Source of the DNA: an uncultured Candidatus Saccharibacteria bacterium | GTDB lineage: Bacteria; Patescibacteriota; Minisyncoccia; Minisyncoccales; JANBVM01 | DNA: 64,000 nt | Assembly: GCA_964450805.1 (NCBI GenBank) | Contig: CAYVDD010000001.1 | Location: 134,595-198,594 of the forward strand | Direction: 5' to 3' | Shown here: one piece after another, positions 16,002 through 26,136 of the stretch | How positions within the stretch are numbered: position 1 is the stretch's first letter | Layout: the number at the start of each line of letters is the position of its first letter | Notes under the pieces: model-generated | The model's database searches: none | Told to the model about the DNA's origin: nothing | Seen by the model: only the letters and a program-made list of their open reading frames with translations | Program-made: the position numbers and the translations under genes

Positions 16002-17192
16002 TTAAATTTCTTGCTTAATTTTAGCTGGAAATTCAGGAAAAAAGCCCTGTTTATCCCAATAAGGGTCTGCTGTTATAAATCTTTTATTACAGAACAGCTC
16101 ATAAATATGAAGGGGCTTTTTTTCTTTTTTCGGAGTTATCTCTATTTTACTGCATTTTACGCAGTATTTAATTGTGCAGGCTTGGTCACAGTGGCTACAG
16201 ATAAAAGATTCCACAAAATGAGAGCAGGCTGTGCGCAGCTCTTTTCTTTCCCTTCTTCTGCTCATTTGTTGCTCTTGTTTCTTTGATAGGGCTCTTTGAA
16301 GCTGTTCAAAAGAAGTTTCTTTTATTAGTTTGAATTTTTTACCGCTGTATTTTTGAAATAATATTTCCTGTTCTTTTTTATACTCATCAAAATTATTTGC
16401 GTTTGTTAGTTCAAATTCATTGAGTATTTTCATGAGTTTTGTTTGAAGTTTAGGGAATTCAGCATATCTTTCAACTAGGATTAAGCCATAGCTGGCTAGT
16501 TTAGGTCTGCTTGCTTTTTCAGCTTCTTTATTGTTTCTTTCTATCCACCAGCGCGGAAGATAAATGGTTTCTACTTTTTCTTCAATAAAAAATCTGATTA
16601 ATCTGATTGTTCCATAAGGGCTTGTTATCAGTCTGCCATAGTCATAGCGTACTGTAGGCGGATTGTTAACTGTGAGCATTGCAACTGAATTTATAGTGTC
16701 TCTGTGCGCTTTATCAGTATGATAAAGAAACCATTGCTTTTCTTCTGGAACCAGGATTACTTCATTAATAGTCATTTCTCTTGTTTCCAGGATTTTCCTA
16801 ATCGTTCTTTCATTATTCAGACCACCTTTTATTAGCTCTATATCGCGGCTACTTAATTCAAAACCTGTTTTTTTTAGTTTTTCTTTTAGTTCTATAACTT
16901 TTTCATTTAAAAGAGTCAGGTTTTTTTTCTTTGTTCCAGTAAACGTAAGAATTAAATCAATATCAAGAGGTTTTTCCCAGGCATTTTCTATGGCTCTGTT
17001 TTTTTTAATCTTTTTTTCATTTTTAAGAATCTGACCTAAAATTGCTTTGGCAAAGCCTCCTTTGATAATTATGTTTTTTGTTGGAGCCAAAACCTCTAAG
17101 ACTTTAATAATCTTTTTTGGCAGTAATTTCATCATTTCTTTTTCATCTATTTCAATCCTTGAGATTTTTCGTTTTAGAGGTATTAAATGCAT
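16002..17192 (-). CDS. Divergent class-II nucleotidyltransferase (CCA-adding/poly(A) polymerase head-domain-like) with a C-terminal Cys-rich tail
   Basis: GGFAKAILG...DIDLI resembles motif A (GGxVRD...DxD) with an insertion. TREMTINEV, ~70 aa further on, resembles motif B RRDxTINA. The tail is CSHFVESFICSHCDQACTIKYCVKCS. Confidence 0.45.
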   Translation of the reverse strand: MHLIPLKRKISRIEIDEKEMMKLLPKKIIKVLEVLAPTKNIIIKGGFAKAILGQILKNEKKIKKNRAIENAWEKPLDIDLILTFTGTKKKNLTLLNEKVIELKEKLKKTGFELSSRDIELIKGGLNNERTIRKILETREMTINEVILVPEEKQWFLYHTDKAHRDTINSVAMLTVNNPPTVRYDYGRLITSPYGTIRLIRFFIEEKVETIYLPRWWIERNNKEAEKASRPKLASYGLILVERYAEFPKLQTKLMKILNEFELTNANNFDEYKKEQEILFQKYSGKKFKLIKETSFEQLQRALSKKQEQQMSRRRERKELRTACSHFVESFICSHCDQACTIKYCVKCSKIEITPKKEKKPLHIYELFCNKRFITADPYWDKQGFFPEFPAKIKQEI

Positions 17193-17306
17193 AGTTTCTT
17201 TGTCTTTTGTTGTTATATTATAGTAATAGAATTTATTAAAGTAGGCTTATTTGATTGTTCTAAAAATATTTGTTAATAAGAAGTTTTTTTATATAGAAAC
17301 AGTCAA

Positions 17307-19307
17307 TTACAATTCTATTTTATATACTTTCAATCCGTTTAAAAGATAAATTGTTTTCCCATTTTCAGAAACCGTAAAATCAAGTAAGTTATCAAATTTT
17401 TTACTCTGAAATTGCTTTATTATTTGGCCGTTTTTATTAATAATAACAATTCTTTTCTGAATGGGTTCTAAGATATATAGATAAGACAGTTTGGCTGAGG
17501 TGTAAATTTTTGAAAAATCTTTTGGGTTTGGGAAAATTATGAACTGCAGTTCTTTTTGAAATTCTCCTTTGTAATATTTATAAATTGAATTGTTTTTTAA
17601 AATCCAGATTGAAGAATCAATACACATTGATTTAGCATCAATAATATTTTCTTCTTTTTGATTTAACCATGAAACAGGTGTTTTCCACTCAAAATTATGT
17701 AAAAAACCATATTTTATAATCTGACCTGTTTTTTTATTGAGAAAATAGAGATTATTATAAACAGAACTAAGTTGGCTAAAATCAAAATCCTTATAAGGTG
17801 TTTGAATCTGTGATTGAAAAACATCGCTGTTTTTTAAAATCATTAATTTATCTGGTTTTGAAAAAAACAGGGTTGAGTCATCAAGTTTGGCGGCTAAGCT
17901 TATGCTTTCTTTACTCTCAATAATTTCTCTTTGTTTTTTTTCTTTTAAAAGGAATATGTTTTTTGAATAAGGAGTGAAAAAATAGAGGCTGTTATTATTA
18001 ACCAGTAAATTGTTGGGGACAAATTCTTTTTTGTTAAATTCAAAAAATAATTCAGGATTGTCAATTTCTTCCATTTTATTCAGTTCAAAAAGTTTATTTG
18101 AAATCTCATCTTTTAAACTAAAAATCTGGTTGCTGAAATCTTTTGGTAAAAAAGCCAGACCTTTTGTCAGAGGAAGGATTTTGTTCCAGCTTTCTTCAAG
18201 CAGTAAACTCGCTTCTTCAAAAGCTTCGGGACTTGTGTTTTCTAAAATAAGAAAGCTTTCTGATAGCTGTAATTTCTCCTGAATTTGTTTTAATTCTTCA
18301 GTATAAATCCTTATTTTTTTCTTCTGTTCAATCTTTGAAAAGGCAAAACCAAAAACTAAAAGAAAGCCAAGGCCTAAGATAAGTATTATATTTTTATTAA
18401 GCAATAGTTTTTTTGTTTTCTTTTTTGAAAGCTTTATTTTGATTTTTGGTGTTTTTAGCTTGATTTGAGGAAGTTTAAATTTAAAAGCTTTTGTTTTCTT
18501 CTTTTTTCTGGTTTTAGTTTGAATATTTAAAGTCTTTGATAGGTTTTCAAAAATTTTTAAAACAGGAGAAAATGTTTGTTTAAAGGAGAACTTTTTTAAA
18601 TCTTTTTCAAGTATTGTTTGTTTTTTACTAAGTGAAATTTCTTTAATAAATTGTATTGCCAGAAAAACTCCACTGACGCTATTTAGAGTTTGTTTTTCAT
18701 TATCTAAGATTTCCTTTAATTGTTTGTTGTCAAAATCATTTAACTTGGCAATTTTTTTTAAGATATTTTCTTTTTTGAACAAATCAGAGAGTTCCTTTGT
18801 TAGAATAACAATTAAATCTCTTTCAGCTAATTTTCCAGAAACAATATTTGCAAACACTTTTAAAGGATAGGGTTCTAGTTCTTCAATCTGAACTTTTTCA
18901 TCAATGTCTGTTATCTGGCTGTCTCTTATTAAAAATGGTTTTATGCCTCCAACTTTTGCAAAGTTAAGTTTAGGATCTTTAACTGAAAGAATAAAGAAAT
19001 CTAAATTTCCCAACCAGCTGACATCTCCTGATTTTGATATTTTGTCTAAAAAATTATTGGCTTCTTTTAAGCTTCCTTTCAAAGCTCTTTCAGCGCTGCC
19101 AGTTCTTGAACTATAATATTTGTTTTTTATAACCTCTGCCAGTCTTTTAATCAGACATTGGTTATTGGGCAGTAAATTTTTTAAAATTCCTATCATATAT
19201 AAATTCCCAAGCTTTTTTTCGTAAGCTTTTTCCGGTTCATAGCAAAAACTATCAAAAACCAAGTCTTGCTTTAATTTAGGATTAAAATGAAATTCAAAAA
19301 CCCGCAT
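17307..19307 (-). CDS. Hypothetical membrane protein: N-terminal PP2C/SpoIIE-like region, basic linker, one TM helix, C-terminal repeat (beta-propeller-like) domain
   Basis: 666 aa. TM helix NIILILGLGFLLVFGFAF. The C-terminus has recurring hydrophobic-YxxxxxG strands (NSLYFF, NNLYFLNKKTGQII, SSIWILKNNSIYKY, KTIYLLNGLKVYKI). Confidence 0.4.
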   Translation of the reverse strand: MRVFEFHFNPKLKQDLVFDSFCYEPEKAYEKKLGNLYMIGILKNLLPNNQCLIKRLAEVIKNKYYSSRTGSAERALKGSLKEANNFLDKISKSGDVSWLGNLDFFILSVKDPKLNFAKVGGIKPFLIRDSQITDIDEKVQIEELEPYPLKVFANIVSGKLAERDLIVILTKELSDLFKKENILKKIAKLNDFDNKQLKEILDNEKQTLNSVSGVFLAIQFIKEISLSKKQTILEKDLKKFSFKQTFSPVLKIFENLSKTLNIQTKTRKKKKTKAFKFKLPQIKLKTPKIKIKLSKKKTKKLLLNKNIILILGLGFLLVFGFAFSKIEQKKKIRIYTEELKQIQEKLQLSESFLILENTSPEAFEEASLLLEESWNKILPLTKGLAFLPKDFSNQIFSLKDEISNKLFELNKMEEIDNPELFFEFNKKEFVPNNLLVNNNSLYFFTPYSKNIFLLKEKKQREIIESKESISLAAKLDDSTLFFSKPDKLMILKNSDVFQSQIQTPYKDFDFSQLSSVYNNLYFLNKKTGQIIKYGFLHNFEWKTPVSWLNQKEENIIDAKSMCIDSSIWILKNNSIYKYYKGEFQKELQFIIFPNPKDFSKIYTSAKLSYLYILEPIQKRIVIINKNGQIIKQFQSKKFDNLLDFTVSENGKTIYLLNGLKVYKIEL

Positions 19308-19392
19308 ATTCTTTAACCTATTTTACTTTTTATTCAAATTATTGTAAAATCGCTACGGTTGTGTTTAAAATAAAAAAATGGAGATGTTTTAA

Positions 19393-19791
19393 ATGGAAGA
19401 AATAGAAGAAGAAATCGCTTTTGATTGTGATGGAGTATTGTTAAAGCTACCGGGAATATTCAAAAAATTTCCTTATTTTTTACGAGCAATTTTAAGTTTC
19501 TTTATTGGATATCCTGATGAAGAATTCCTTAAAGCTATAAAAAAAAGAGAAAATATTCTGGTAGTTACAGCAAGACCAAATTTTTTGAAAAAGAAACTAA
19601 AAACAGTTTTAGAGAGTTTTTTAGAGGATAGTTCAGTACAAATAATATTTACAGGAGGAAATAAAAATAAAATTAAAGTCTTAATAAAAATCGGCATTAA
19701 AACTTATATAGAAGATAACAAGAATCTCCGAAAGATATTGAACAAATGTGGAATCTTAGCTTTGTCTCCTAACAAATTTATTAGTTCTTAA
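19393..19791 (+). CDS. Small HAD-like phosphatase-fold protein (hypothetical)
   Basis: IAFDCDGVLL (DxDG motif I), VVTARP (motif II-like), GGAG RBS. Confidence 0.45.
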   Translation: MEEIEEEIAFDCDGVLLKLPGIFKKFPYFLRAILSFFIGYPDEEFLKAIKKRENILVVTARPNFLKKKLKTVLESFLEDSSVQIIFTGGNKNKIKVLIKIGIKTYIEDNKNLRKILNKCGILALSPNKFISS

Positions 19792-19872
19792 ATAAGAAAT
19801 AAGACAGCTTAAATACTGTCTTTGTTTTTTTGCTATTTACACGTAATTTGCTAAATTAAAGAAATAAATTTT

Positions 19873-19944
19873 GGGCTCGTGGCTCAACGGTAGAGCGTAC
19901 GGTTCACATCCGTAAGGTCATAGGTTCAATTCCTATCGAGCCCA
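19873..19944 (+). tRNA. tRNA-Val (anticodon CAC)
   Basis: Acceptor gggctcg/cgagccc. Anticodon stem tacgg/ccgta with loop ttCACat. T arm atagg-ttcaatt-cctat. No encoded CCA. Confidence 0.8.
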
Positions 19945-20017
19945 CTATCAATGCGCTATTCAATTTTACAAACTAGTTTGAAAATGTAATGATTAAAACA
20001 GAATAAACATCGAAAAA

Positions 20018-20350
20018 ATGAAGAAAAAAGGTTTTTTAAATGAAGATATTTATTCCAAAATAGCGATTAATGATTTGATTATCTTTGCCATGCACTCAAT
20101 AAGAAATAATGAAAAAGAGTGCAGTTTTGAGGATTTGGTCAATGAGTGTTTTGAGTTATTTCCAAAAACCTTTGCCTTTTTTAAATATCCCAAATGGCCT
20201 GACAGCAGAAAACTGGACAGACCCATGAGATATTTAAGGAAAAAAGGTCTGATTAAGGGTGATCCTAAAACTTGTTTTAGTCTGACTCAAAAAGGAAAAA
20301 AAAGGTCATTGGAAATTGTTAAAGCTTTTAGGCAAATAAAGTTGTTATAA
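20018..20350 (+). CDS. Hypothetical protein (110 aa)
   Basis: Clean ORF with basic C-terminal helices. I recognise no family. Confidence 0.45.
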   Translation: MKKKGFLNEDIYSKIAINDLIIFAMHSIRNNEKECSFEDLVNECFELFPKTFAFFKYPKWPDSRKLDRPMRYLRKKGLIKGDPKTCFSLTQKGKKRSLEIVKAFRQIKLL

Positions 20351-20408
20351 CGAACTTTTATTTGATATATTCACTTTATTGGATCATATCAATAAAATTT
20401 ATTAAAAC

Positions 20409-20531
20409 ATGCTGGAACTTGTTATTAATATTTTTGATTCAATAACTTTTTATCTTTTAATAGGATTAATAGTTGTAGTATTTATTGGTGGAATTTTTTA
20501 CGTAATACTGAAAAACTTACGTAGTTTTTAA
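20409..20531 (+). CDS. Possible 40-aa single-pass membrane micropeptide
   Basis: MLELVINIFDSITFYLLIGLIVVVFIGGIFYVILKNLRSF. Its stop abuts the acylphosphatase ATG. Support is limited to ORF plus hydrophobicity. Confidence 0.3.
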   Translation: MLELVINIFDSITFYLLIGLIVVVFIGGIFYVILKNLRSF

Positions 20532-20532
20532 G

Positions 20533-20814
20533 ATGAAAGAAAAAATCAGAGCTCATGTTATTATTTCTGGTCGGGTACAGGGAGTGTATTACAGGCAAAA
20601 TACTGTTAAACAGGCTCAGAGGTTTGGATTATCAGGCTGGATTAAAAATTTAAACGATGGCAGAGTTGAAGCTGTTTTTGAAGGAGAAAAAGACGTGGTA
20701 GAGAAAATAGTTAATTGGGCTAAAAAAGGACCATTTTTTGCTAAAGTTTCATCTGTTAAAGTTGATTGGCAGGAATATATAGGGGAGTTCAATAATTTTG
20801 GAATTAAGTATTAA
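20533..20814 (+). CDS. acyP: Acylphosphatase
   Basis: ISGRVQGVYYRQNTVKQAQRFGLSGWIKNLNDGRVEAVFEG carries the acylphosphatase signatures. Confidence 0.88.
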   Translation: MKEKIRAHVIISGRVQGVYYRQNTVKQAQRFGLSGWIKNLNDGRVEAVFEGEKDVVEKIVNWAKKGPFFAKVSSVKVDWQEYIGEFNNFGIKY

Positions 20815-20847
20815 TTCAAAGTTTTCTAATTTTTTTAAAATAACTAA

Positions 20848-21843
20848 ATGATTGATTTTTCTTGTGTAAAAAAAGTTTTGAAATCTCAACCAAGCTATCG
20901 TTTAAAACAAACCAAAAGATTTGTTTTTTTTAATTTAATAGAAAACTGGAATCAAGCCACATCATTCCCACCAGTTTTAAGAGAAAAACTGAATAAAAAA
21001 TGTTCTTTAGAAATTAAAGCTAAAACTTTTGTTTCTAAGAATAAAAAGACTATTAAAGCTTTAATTGAATTAAATGATGGTTTAAAAGTTGAATCAGTGC
21101 TTATGAAGCATATTGATAAAAGAAATACAGCTTGTGTTTCTTCTCAGGTTGGCTGTGCTCTTGGTTGTGTATTCTGCGCTACAGGGAAAATGGGTTTTAA
21201 AAGAAATTTAAAGGATTATGAAATTGTAAATCAGGTATTATTTTTTGCCAGACACTTAAAAAAGAAGAGACAGAAAATAACCAATATAGTTTTTATGGGA
21301 ATGGGGGAGCCCTTTTTAAATTATGATAATGTTATTAGTTCAATTAGGATTTTAAATGATAAAGATGGATTTAATTTAGGAGTAAGAAATTTTTCAATCT
21401 CAACTGCTGGAATTATTGAAGGGATTGAGAAATTAAGTAAAGAAAACCTTGGAATAAATTTAGCCATATCTTTACATGCACCAAATGATCAGTTGCGTAT
21501 TAAGATTATGCCAGTTAACAAAAATTATCCACTTTCAAAAGTCTTAAAGGCAGTTGATAGCTATATAATTAAAACTGGGCGTAAGGTAATGTTTGAATAT
21601 ATAATGATGAAGAATATCAATGACAAGGATAAACATGCCAGACAATTAGCAAAAATAATAAAAAGACCACTTTATTTTGTTAATTTGATCAGTTATAATC
21701 CAACAGGAGACTTTGAATCATCCAGCTCTTCAAGAATTAAAAAATTTAAAGAGATTTTAGAGAAAGCAGGTGTTAAAGTGGGCCAAAGATATAGTTTTGG
21801 TCAGGATATTAAAGCTGCTTGCGGTCAATTAGCAGGTGAATAG
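20848..21843 (+). CDS. rlmN: 23S rRNA/tRNA (adenine-C2)-methyltransferase RlmN (radical SAM)
   Basis: CVSSQVGCALGCVFCATG radical-SAM cluster, GMGEPFLNYD, and the C-terminal catalytic Cys (AACGQL). Confidence 0.88.
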   Translation: MIDFSCVKKVLKSQPSYRLKQTKRFVFFNLIENWNQATSFPPVLREKLNKKCSLEIKAKTFVSKNKKTIKALIELNDGLKVESVLMKHIDKRNTACVSSQVGCALGCVFCATGKMGFKRNLKDYEIVNQVLFFARHLKKKRQKITNIVFMGMGEPFLNYDNVISSIRILNDKDGFNLGVRNFSISTAGIIEGIEKLSKENLGINLAISLHAPNDQLRIKIMPVNKNYPLSKVLKAVDSYIIKTGRKVMFEYIMMKNINDKDKHARQLAKIIKRPLYFVNLISYNPTGDFESSSSSRIKKFKEILEKAGVKVGQRYSFGQDIKAACGQLAGE

Positions 21844-21908
21844 AAAGATTATTTTTTTAAAAAATCGTCAGATTAGCTAATTTGGCGGTTTTTTGATAAA
21901 ATTTTAAT

Positions 21909-22682
21909 ATGAGTCCTAAACTTTTTAAACAAAACAATGGTTATGAGATTAATGGTCTGTGGTATCCAAGAGTAACCTCAATTTGTAATATTATTGCAAA
22001 GCCTGGGCTTGAAAGATGGCTGGCTAACCAACCAAGTTTTATTGCTATGGAAAGAAAAAGAAAGAAAATTACTGACTGGGGAATTCTTATTCACAATACA
22101 ATTGAGAAAATACTTTTAAAAGAAAATCCTGAGATTAAACCTAATATCCGTCCTTCAATACTGGCTTTTTTAGACTGGCTTAACAGTAATAAAATTAAAG
22201 TTATAGATATAGAAAAAAGAGTTCTCAGCAAACAGAATGTTTATGCTGGAACGTTTGATGTTTTGGCTGAGATTAATGGCAAGCTTGGAATTTTAGATTT
22301 AAAAACGAGCAAAGAAATATGGGACGACCATTTTATTCAAACCGCAGCCTATTTTAATGCTTATAATGAGAAAAATAAACAAAAAGCAAAAACCCACTGG
22401 ATTTTAAGAATTGACCAGCATCAAAAATGTAAAGTTTGCGGTGCAGAAAAAAGAGATAAGTCAGGAGATATTAATATTAAAGGCGGTAAAAGATTCTGCA
22501 GGCATGTTTTTGATGAGCCGAAAGGGGAATGTGAACTTAAAAAAGTAAAAAATCACAAGCCCTTTATTGATATGTTTTTATCAGCTAAAAAATTATGGGA
22601 GTTTTCCAATAGAAATAAGCTTTCACGTATTGAAAATTATCCCAATATGACAAAAACACATTTAACTCTTTTTAATATTTAA
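21909..22682 (+). CDS. PD-(D/E)XK nuclease superfamily protein (RecB/Cas4-like fold)
   Basis: GTFDVLAEINGKLGILDLKTSK (D...D-L-K core), QTAAY, and the Cys cluster CKVCG...FCRH. Confidence 0.6.
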   Translation: MSPKLFKQNNGYEINGLWYPRVTSICNIIAKPGLERWLANQPSFIAMERKRKKITDWGILIHNTIEKILLKENPEIKPNIRPSILAFLDWLNSNKIKVIDIEKRVLSKQNVYAGTFDVLAEINGKLGILDLKTSKEIWDDHFIQTAAYFNAYNEKNKQKAKTHWILRIDQHQKCKVCGAEKRDKSGDINIKGGKRFCRHVFDEPKGECELKKVKNHKPFIDMFLSAKKLWEFSNRNKLSRIENYPNMTKTHLTLFNI

Positions 22683-23282
22683 ATGAAAAAAATTATTACA
22701 AAAGAAATAGCTGATGAGCTAATGAAAATTAAAGGGGAGGTAAGGGGAATTGCTCTTAAGAGTCATGTTCAGTTTATTGTTGAGGAAAAAGGAGATGGGG
22801 TTTTTAAAAAAGTAGAAAATAAGATGGCAGAGCTTGGTCAGGTAGTAAAGTATAAGAGCATAAGGCCAATGGATTTTTATCCAATAGGGCTGGAAGCTCT
22901 GACACTTCTGGTTGTAAAAGAACTTTTTAATCTCAGTGATGAAAAATTAAGAGAAATAGGTGAGTATCAGTCAAAAATCTCTTTGATTGTTAAGCTTTTT
23001 ACGAAATATTTTGTTTCTATGCGGGTAGTGACTCAGAAAGCGCCAATTATGTGGAGAAAGTATTACACTGTTGGGGATTTAAAAGTTACAGAGCTAAACG
23101 AAGCAGAAAAATATCTTATTTTAGAGATTAAGAATTTCAAGGTCCATTCACCTCATTGCCGGATGCTTGAAGGATACTTTGCCAATATAGTTAAAATGAT
23201 TGTCAATAAACAAGCTAATTGTAAAGAAATTAAGTGTCCTTTTAAAGGTGATAATTATCATGAATTCATAATTAAATGGTAG
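22683..23282 (+). CDS. Hypothetical protein coupled to the PD-(D/E)XK nuclease gene
   Basis: The ATG directly follows the upstream stop. 199 aa. I recognise no family. Confidence 0.45.
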   Translation: MKKIITKEIADELMKIKGEVRGIALKSHVQFIVEEKGDGVFKKVENKMAELGQVVKYKSIRPMDFYPIGLEALTLLVVKELFNLSDEKLREIGEYQSKISLIVKLFTKYFVSMRVVTQKAPIMWRKYYTVGDLKVTELNEAEKYLILEIKNFKVHSPHCRMLEGYFANIVKMIVNKQANCKEIKCPFKGDNYHEFIIKW

Positions 23283-23398
23283 AAATATTTTAACAAAAAA
23301 AGTCCAGGGTTGATTTGGTAGCTTGTTATTTTAAAGAAATGCTATAATGAATCCATAAATTAAAAAGTCGTTTTTTAAACTAAATAATCATTAAAAAT

Positions 23399-24175
23399 AT
23401 GCAGACAAATCATATAAATCATCCTGAAATAAAAGATAAGAAAAAACTATTAAAGATTTTTTTAATAGTTTTAATTTTATTTGTGGGAATGCTTACCATC
23501 AATGAATTTAAAAAAGGAAAGTATATTGGACAGGATGTTCAAAGCACAATCAGTGTTTCAGCGGTAGGTGAGGTATATGCTAAGCCTGATTTAGTAATAA
23601 CCAGCTTCTCAGTAGTTTCTGAAGAGAAAACTGCTGCTGATGCTCTTGCTAAAAATAGTGAAAGCATGAACAAGGTTATTGAATTTTTAAAAAATTCTGG
23701 AATTGAAGAAAAGGATTTAAAAACAACCACCTTCAGAATAAGCCCTCGTTATGAATGGCACAATGGTTCTGAATTTTCTTATCCTACTGGCCAGCGTGTT
23801 TTAGTTGGTTATGAAGTAACCCAATCTTTAGAGGTTAAAATAAGGGATATGTCGAAAATAGGTGCTTTAATTGAAGGAGCTACTAATGCCGGTGCTACTG
23901 GAGTGGGTAATTTAGAATTTACATTTGATGATGAGGATGAATTAAAAAAACAAGCCAGAGAAATTGCAATTAATAAAGCTAAATTAAAAGCTAAAGAATT
24001 ATCACAACAATTAGGAGTAGGGCTGGGAAGAATAACTAATTTCAGTGAAAGTGAAGTTTCTCCAATCTTTTATGATATTAAAGAGGCTTATGGCATGGGC
24101 GGAGGAGCTCCTGAAGTTGAAACTGGAGAGAATTTAATTCAGAGCACTGTCATAATAACTTACGAAATACATTAA
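23399..24175 (+). CDS. SIMPL (DUF541) domain periplasmic/anchored protein
   Basis: N-terminal TM helix, VSAVGEVYAKPDLVITSFSV, and REIAINKAKLKAKELSQQLGV are typical of SIMPL family proteins. Confidence 0.7.
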   Translation: MQTNHINHPEIKDKKKLLKIFLIVLILFVGMLTINEFKKGKYIGQDVQSTISVSAVGEVYAKPDLVITSFSVVSEEKTAADALAKNSESMNKVIEFLKNSGIEEKDLKTTTFRISPRYEWHNGSEFSYPTGQRVLVGYEVTQSLEVKIRDMSKIGALIEGATNAGATGVGNLEFTFDDEDELKKQAREIAINKAKLKAKELSQQLGVGLGRITNFSESEVSPIFYDIKEAYGMGGGAPEVETGENLIQSTVIITYEIH

Positions 24176-24176
24176 T

Positions 24177-24401
24177 ATGGATGAACTAACTTTATTTTTA
24201 TTGGGTAATCCTTGGGTAATTTTTTTAATTGTTTTTTGGACAATTCCCTGGAAAGCAGTTGCTTTATGGAGGGCAGTGAAAAACAATCATAAAAAATGGT
24301 TTGTAGCGCTGATTGTATTAAATACCTTAGCTGTCTTAGAAATTCTTTATATTTTTGTTTTTAGCAAAGGAAAAAAAACAGAAAGAGCCAATGCAGATTA
24401 A
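24177..24401 (+). CDS. Small two-TM membrane protein (DUF5652-like)
   Basis: WTIPWKAVALWRAVKNNHKKWFVALIVLNTLAVLEILYIF resembles the small-membrane-protein family common in CPR genomes. Confidence 0.5.
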   Translation: MDELTLFLLGNPWVIFLIVFWTIPWKAVALWRAVKNNHKKWFVALIVLNTLAVLEILYIFVFSKGKKTERANAD

Positions 24402-24930
24402 ACGTCTTATAGTAGGTGAGCTAGAAGCTAATTGTTATTTACTGGTTTCAGAAAATGAATTAGCTGTTATTGACCCTGGAGATGAGGCAGAAAGGATTTT
24501 AAGAGAAATCAAACAGTTCAAAGCAGGACTGAAACAAATCATCATTACTCATTGTCATCCTGATCATATTTTAGCTGTGCCAGAGATTAAAAGGCAAACA
24601 AATGCTAAAATTTTAATTCATGAGGAAGAAAGACAGTTTAGTAATTGCCAGGCTGATGAATTTTTAAAAGAAAAAGACAAGATAAATATTGGCACTGTTT
24701 CTTTAAAAGTTATACATACGCCTGGACATACTCCTGGAAGCATTTGTTTATTGGGTGATAACTTTATTTTTACTGGTGACACGCTTTTTGAAAATGCTTA
24801 TGGAAGAACTGATTTACCTGGTGGTTCAGATAAACAGATGCAGAATTCATTAAAAAAGATATCAGCATTATTAAAACTGAACACAATAATTTATCCTGGC
24901 CATGGTAAGCCTTTTAAAATTAGAAAATGA
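24391..24930 (+). CDS. MBL-fold metallo-hydrolase
   Basis: The start MQIKRLIVGELEANCYL is chosen over the longer ORF. Contains ITHCHPDHI (HxHxDH), HTPGHTPG and GHG. Confidence 0.85.
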   Translation: MQIKRLIVGELEANCYLLVSENELAVIDPGDEAERILREIKQFKAGLKQIIITHCHPDHILAVPEIKRQTNAKILIHEEERQFSNCQADEFLKEKDKINIGTVSLKVIHTPGHTPGSICLLGDNFIFTGDTLFENAYGRTDLPGGSDKQMQNSLKKISALLKLNTIIYPGHGKPFKIRK

Positions 24931-24936
24931 ATATTT

Positions 24937-26136
24937 ATGGCTAAAAAACTGAAAACTTCATCAAGAGCAATTAATGCACCTTTATCACCAATTAGAAAAT
25001 TTGTTCCTTTACTTCAACTTGCTAAGAAAAGAGGATTAGATGTTTTTGAACTTCATATTGGCCAGCCTGATTTAAAAACACCTTCTCAAATATTGAATAA
25101 AATTAAGAATTTTAATGAGAAGATAATACGGTATACTCCTTCTAATGGAATTCCTGAGGTGCAGTCTGCCTGGAAAAAGTATTTCAAAGGTTTTGGTATT
25201 AATTTTGATGAATCTGAAATCATTGTTACTGTTGCTGGAAGTGAGGCAATTTTTTTTGCTTTATCAACAGCTTGTGATCCAGGTGATGAAGTAATTGTCT
25301 TTGAGCCGTTTTATACCAATTATAATAGTTTTAGGGCTATAGCAGGGGTAAAATTAGTGCCTGTTAGAACTTTGGTTAACACTGGGTTTCATCTGCCAGA
25401 AAAAAATATTATTGAAAAGAAAATCAGCAGAAAAACAAAAGCAATTTTAGTTTGTAATCCTTCTAATCCAACTGGTACTGTTTACTCCAAAAAAGAACTT
25501 CAAATGATTATTGATATTGCCCAGAAACATAATCTATTTATTTTAGCTGATGAAGTTTATCGTGAGTTTGTTTATGATAATGAAAAACATTATTCAATAA
25601 TGGATTTTCCAAAAGCTCGTTCAAGAGCGGTTATACTTGACAGTGTTTCTAAAAGATTCAGTGCTTGTGGTTTAAGAATAGGATGTTTAGCTTCAAAGAA
25701 TAAAGATATAATTGCTGGAGCAACAAAGTTTGCTCAAGCCAGGCTGTCTTCTCCAATGGTTGAACAATTAGCAACAGTGCCTCTTTTATTAAACTCAAAA
25801 ACTTACACCAGGAAGATTGTTAAAGAGTATAAGAAAAGAAGAGATGCTGTTTTTGAGGGGCTTCAAAAGATTTCTGGAGTTCAATGTTTAAAACCCAAAG
25901 GAGCTTTTTATATTACAGTTAAGCTTCCTGTTAAAAATGCTGAGAATTTTACCAAGTGGCTTTTAACCAGGTTTTCATACAAAAACAAGACTGTAATGCT
26001 GGCTCCTGCTGCTGGTTTTTATGCTAGTAAAGGATTAGGTAAAGATGAGGTAAGGATTGCATTTGTTTTATCTGCTCCAAAAATGAAAGAAGCAATGAAT
26101 GTATTAAAAATTGCTTTAAAGAAATACAAAGAGTAA
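24937..26136 (+). CDS. Pyridoxal-phosphate-dependent aminotransferase, class I/II (aspartate aminotransferase-like)
   Basis: NPSNPTGTVY, ILADEVYREF and SVSKRFSACGLRIG (PLP lysine). Confidence 0.85.
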   Translation: MAKKLKTSSRAINAPLSPIRKFVPLLQLAKKRGLDVFELHIGQPDLKTPSQILNKIKNFNEKIIRYTPSNGIPEVQSAWKKYFKGFGINFDESEIIVTVAGSEAIFFALSTACDPGDEVIVFEPFYTNYNSFRAIAGVKLVPVRTLVNTGFHLPEKNIIEKKISRKTKAILVCNPSNPTGTVYSKKELQMIIDIAQKHNLFILADEVYREFVYDNEKHYSIMDFPKARSRAVILDSVSKRFSACGLRIGCLASKNKDIIAGATKFAQARLSSPMVEQLATVPLLLNSKTYTRKIVKEYKKRRDAVFEGLQKISGVQCLKPKGAFYITVKLPVKNAENFTKWLLTRFSYKNKTVMLAPAAGFYASKGLGKDEVRIAFVLSAPKMKEAMNVLKIALKKYKE

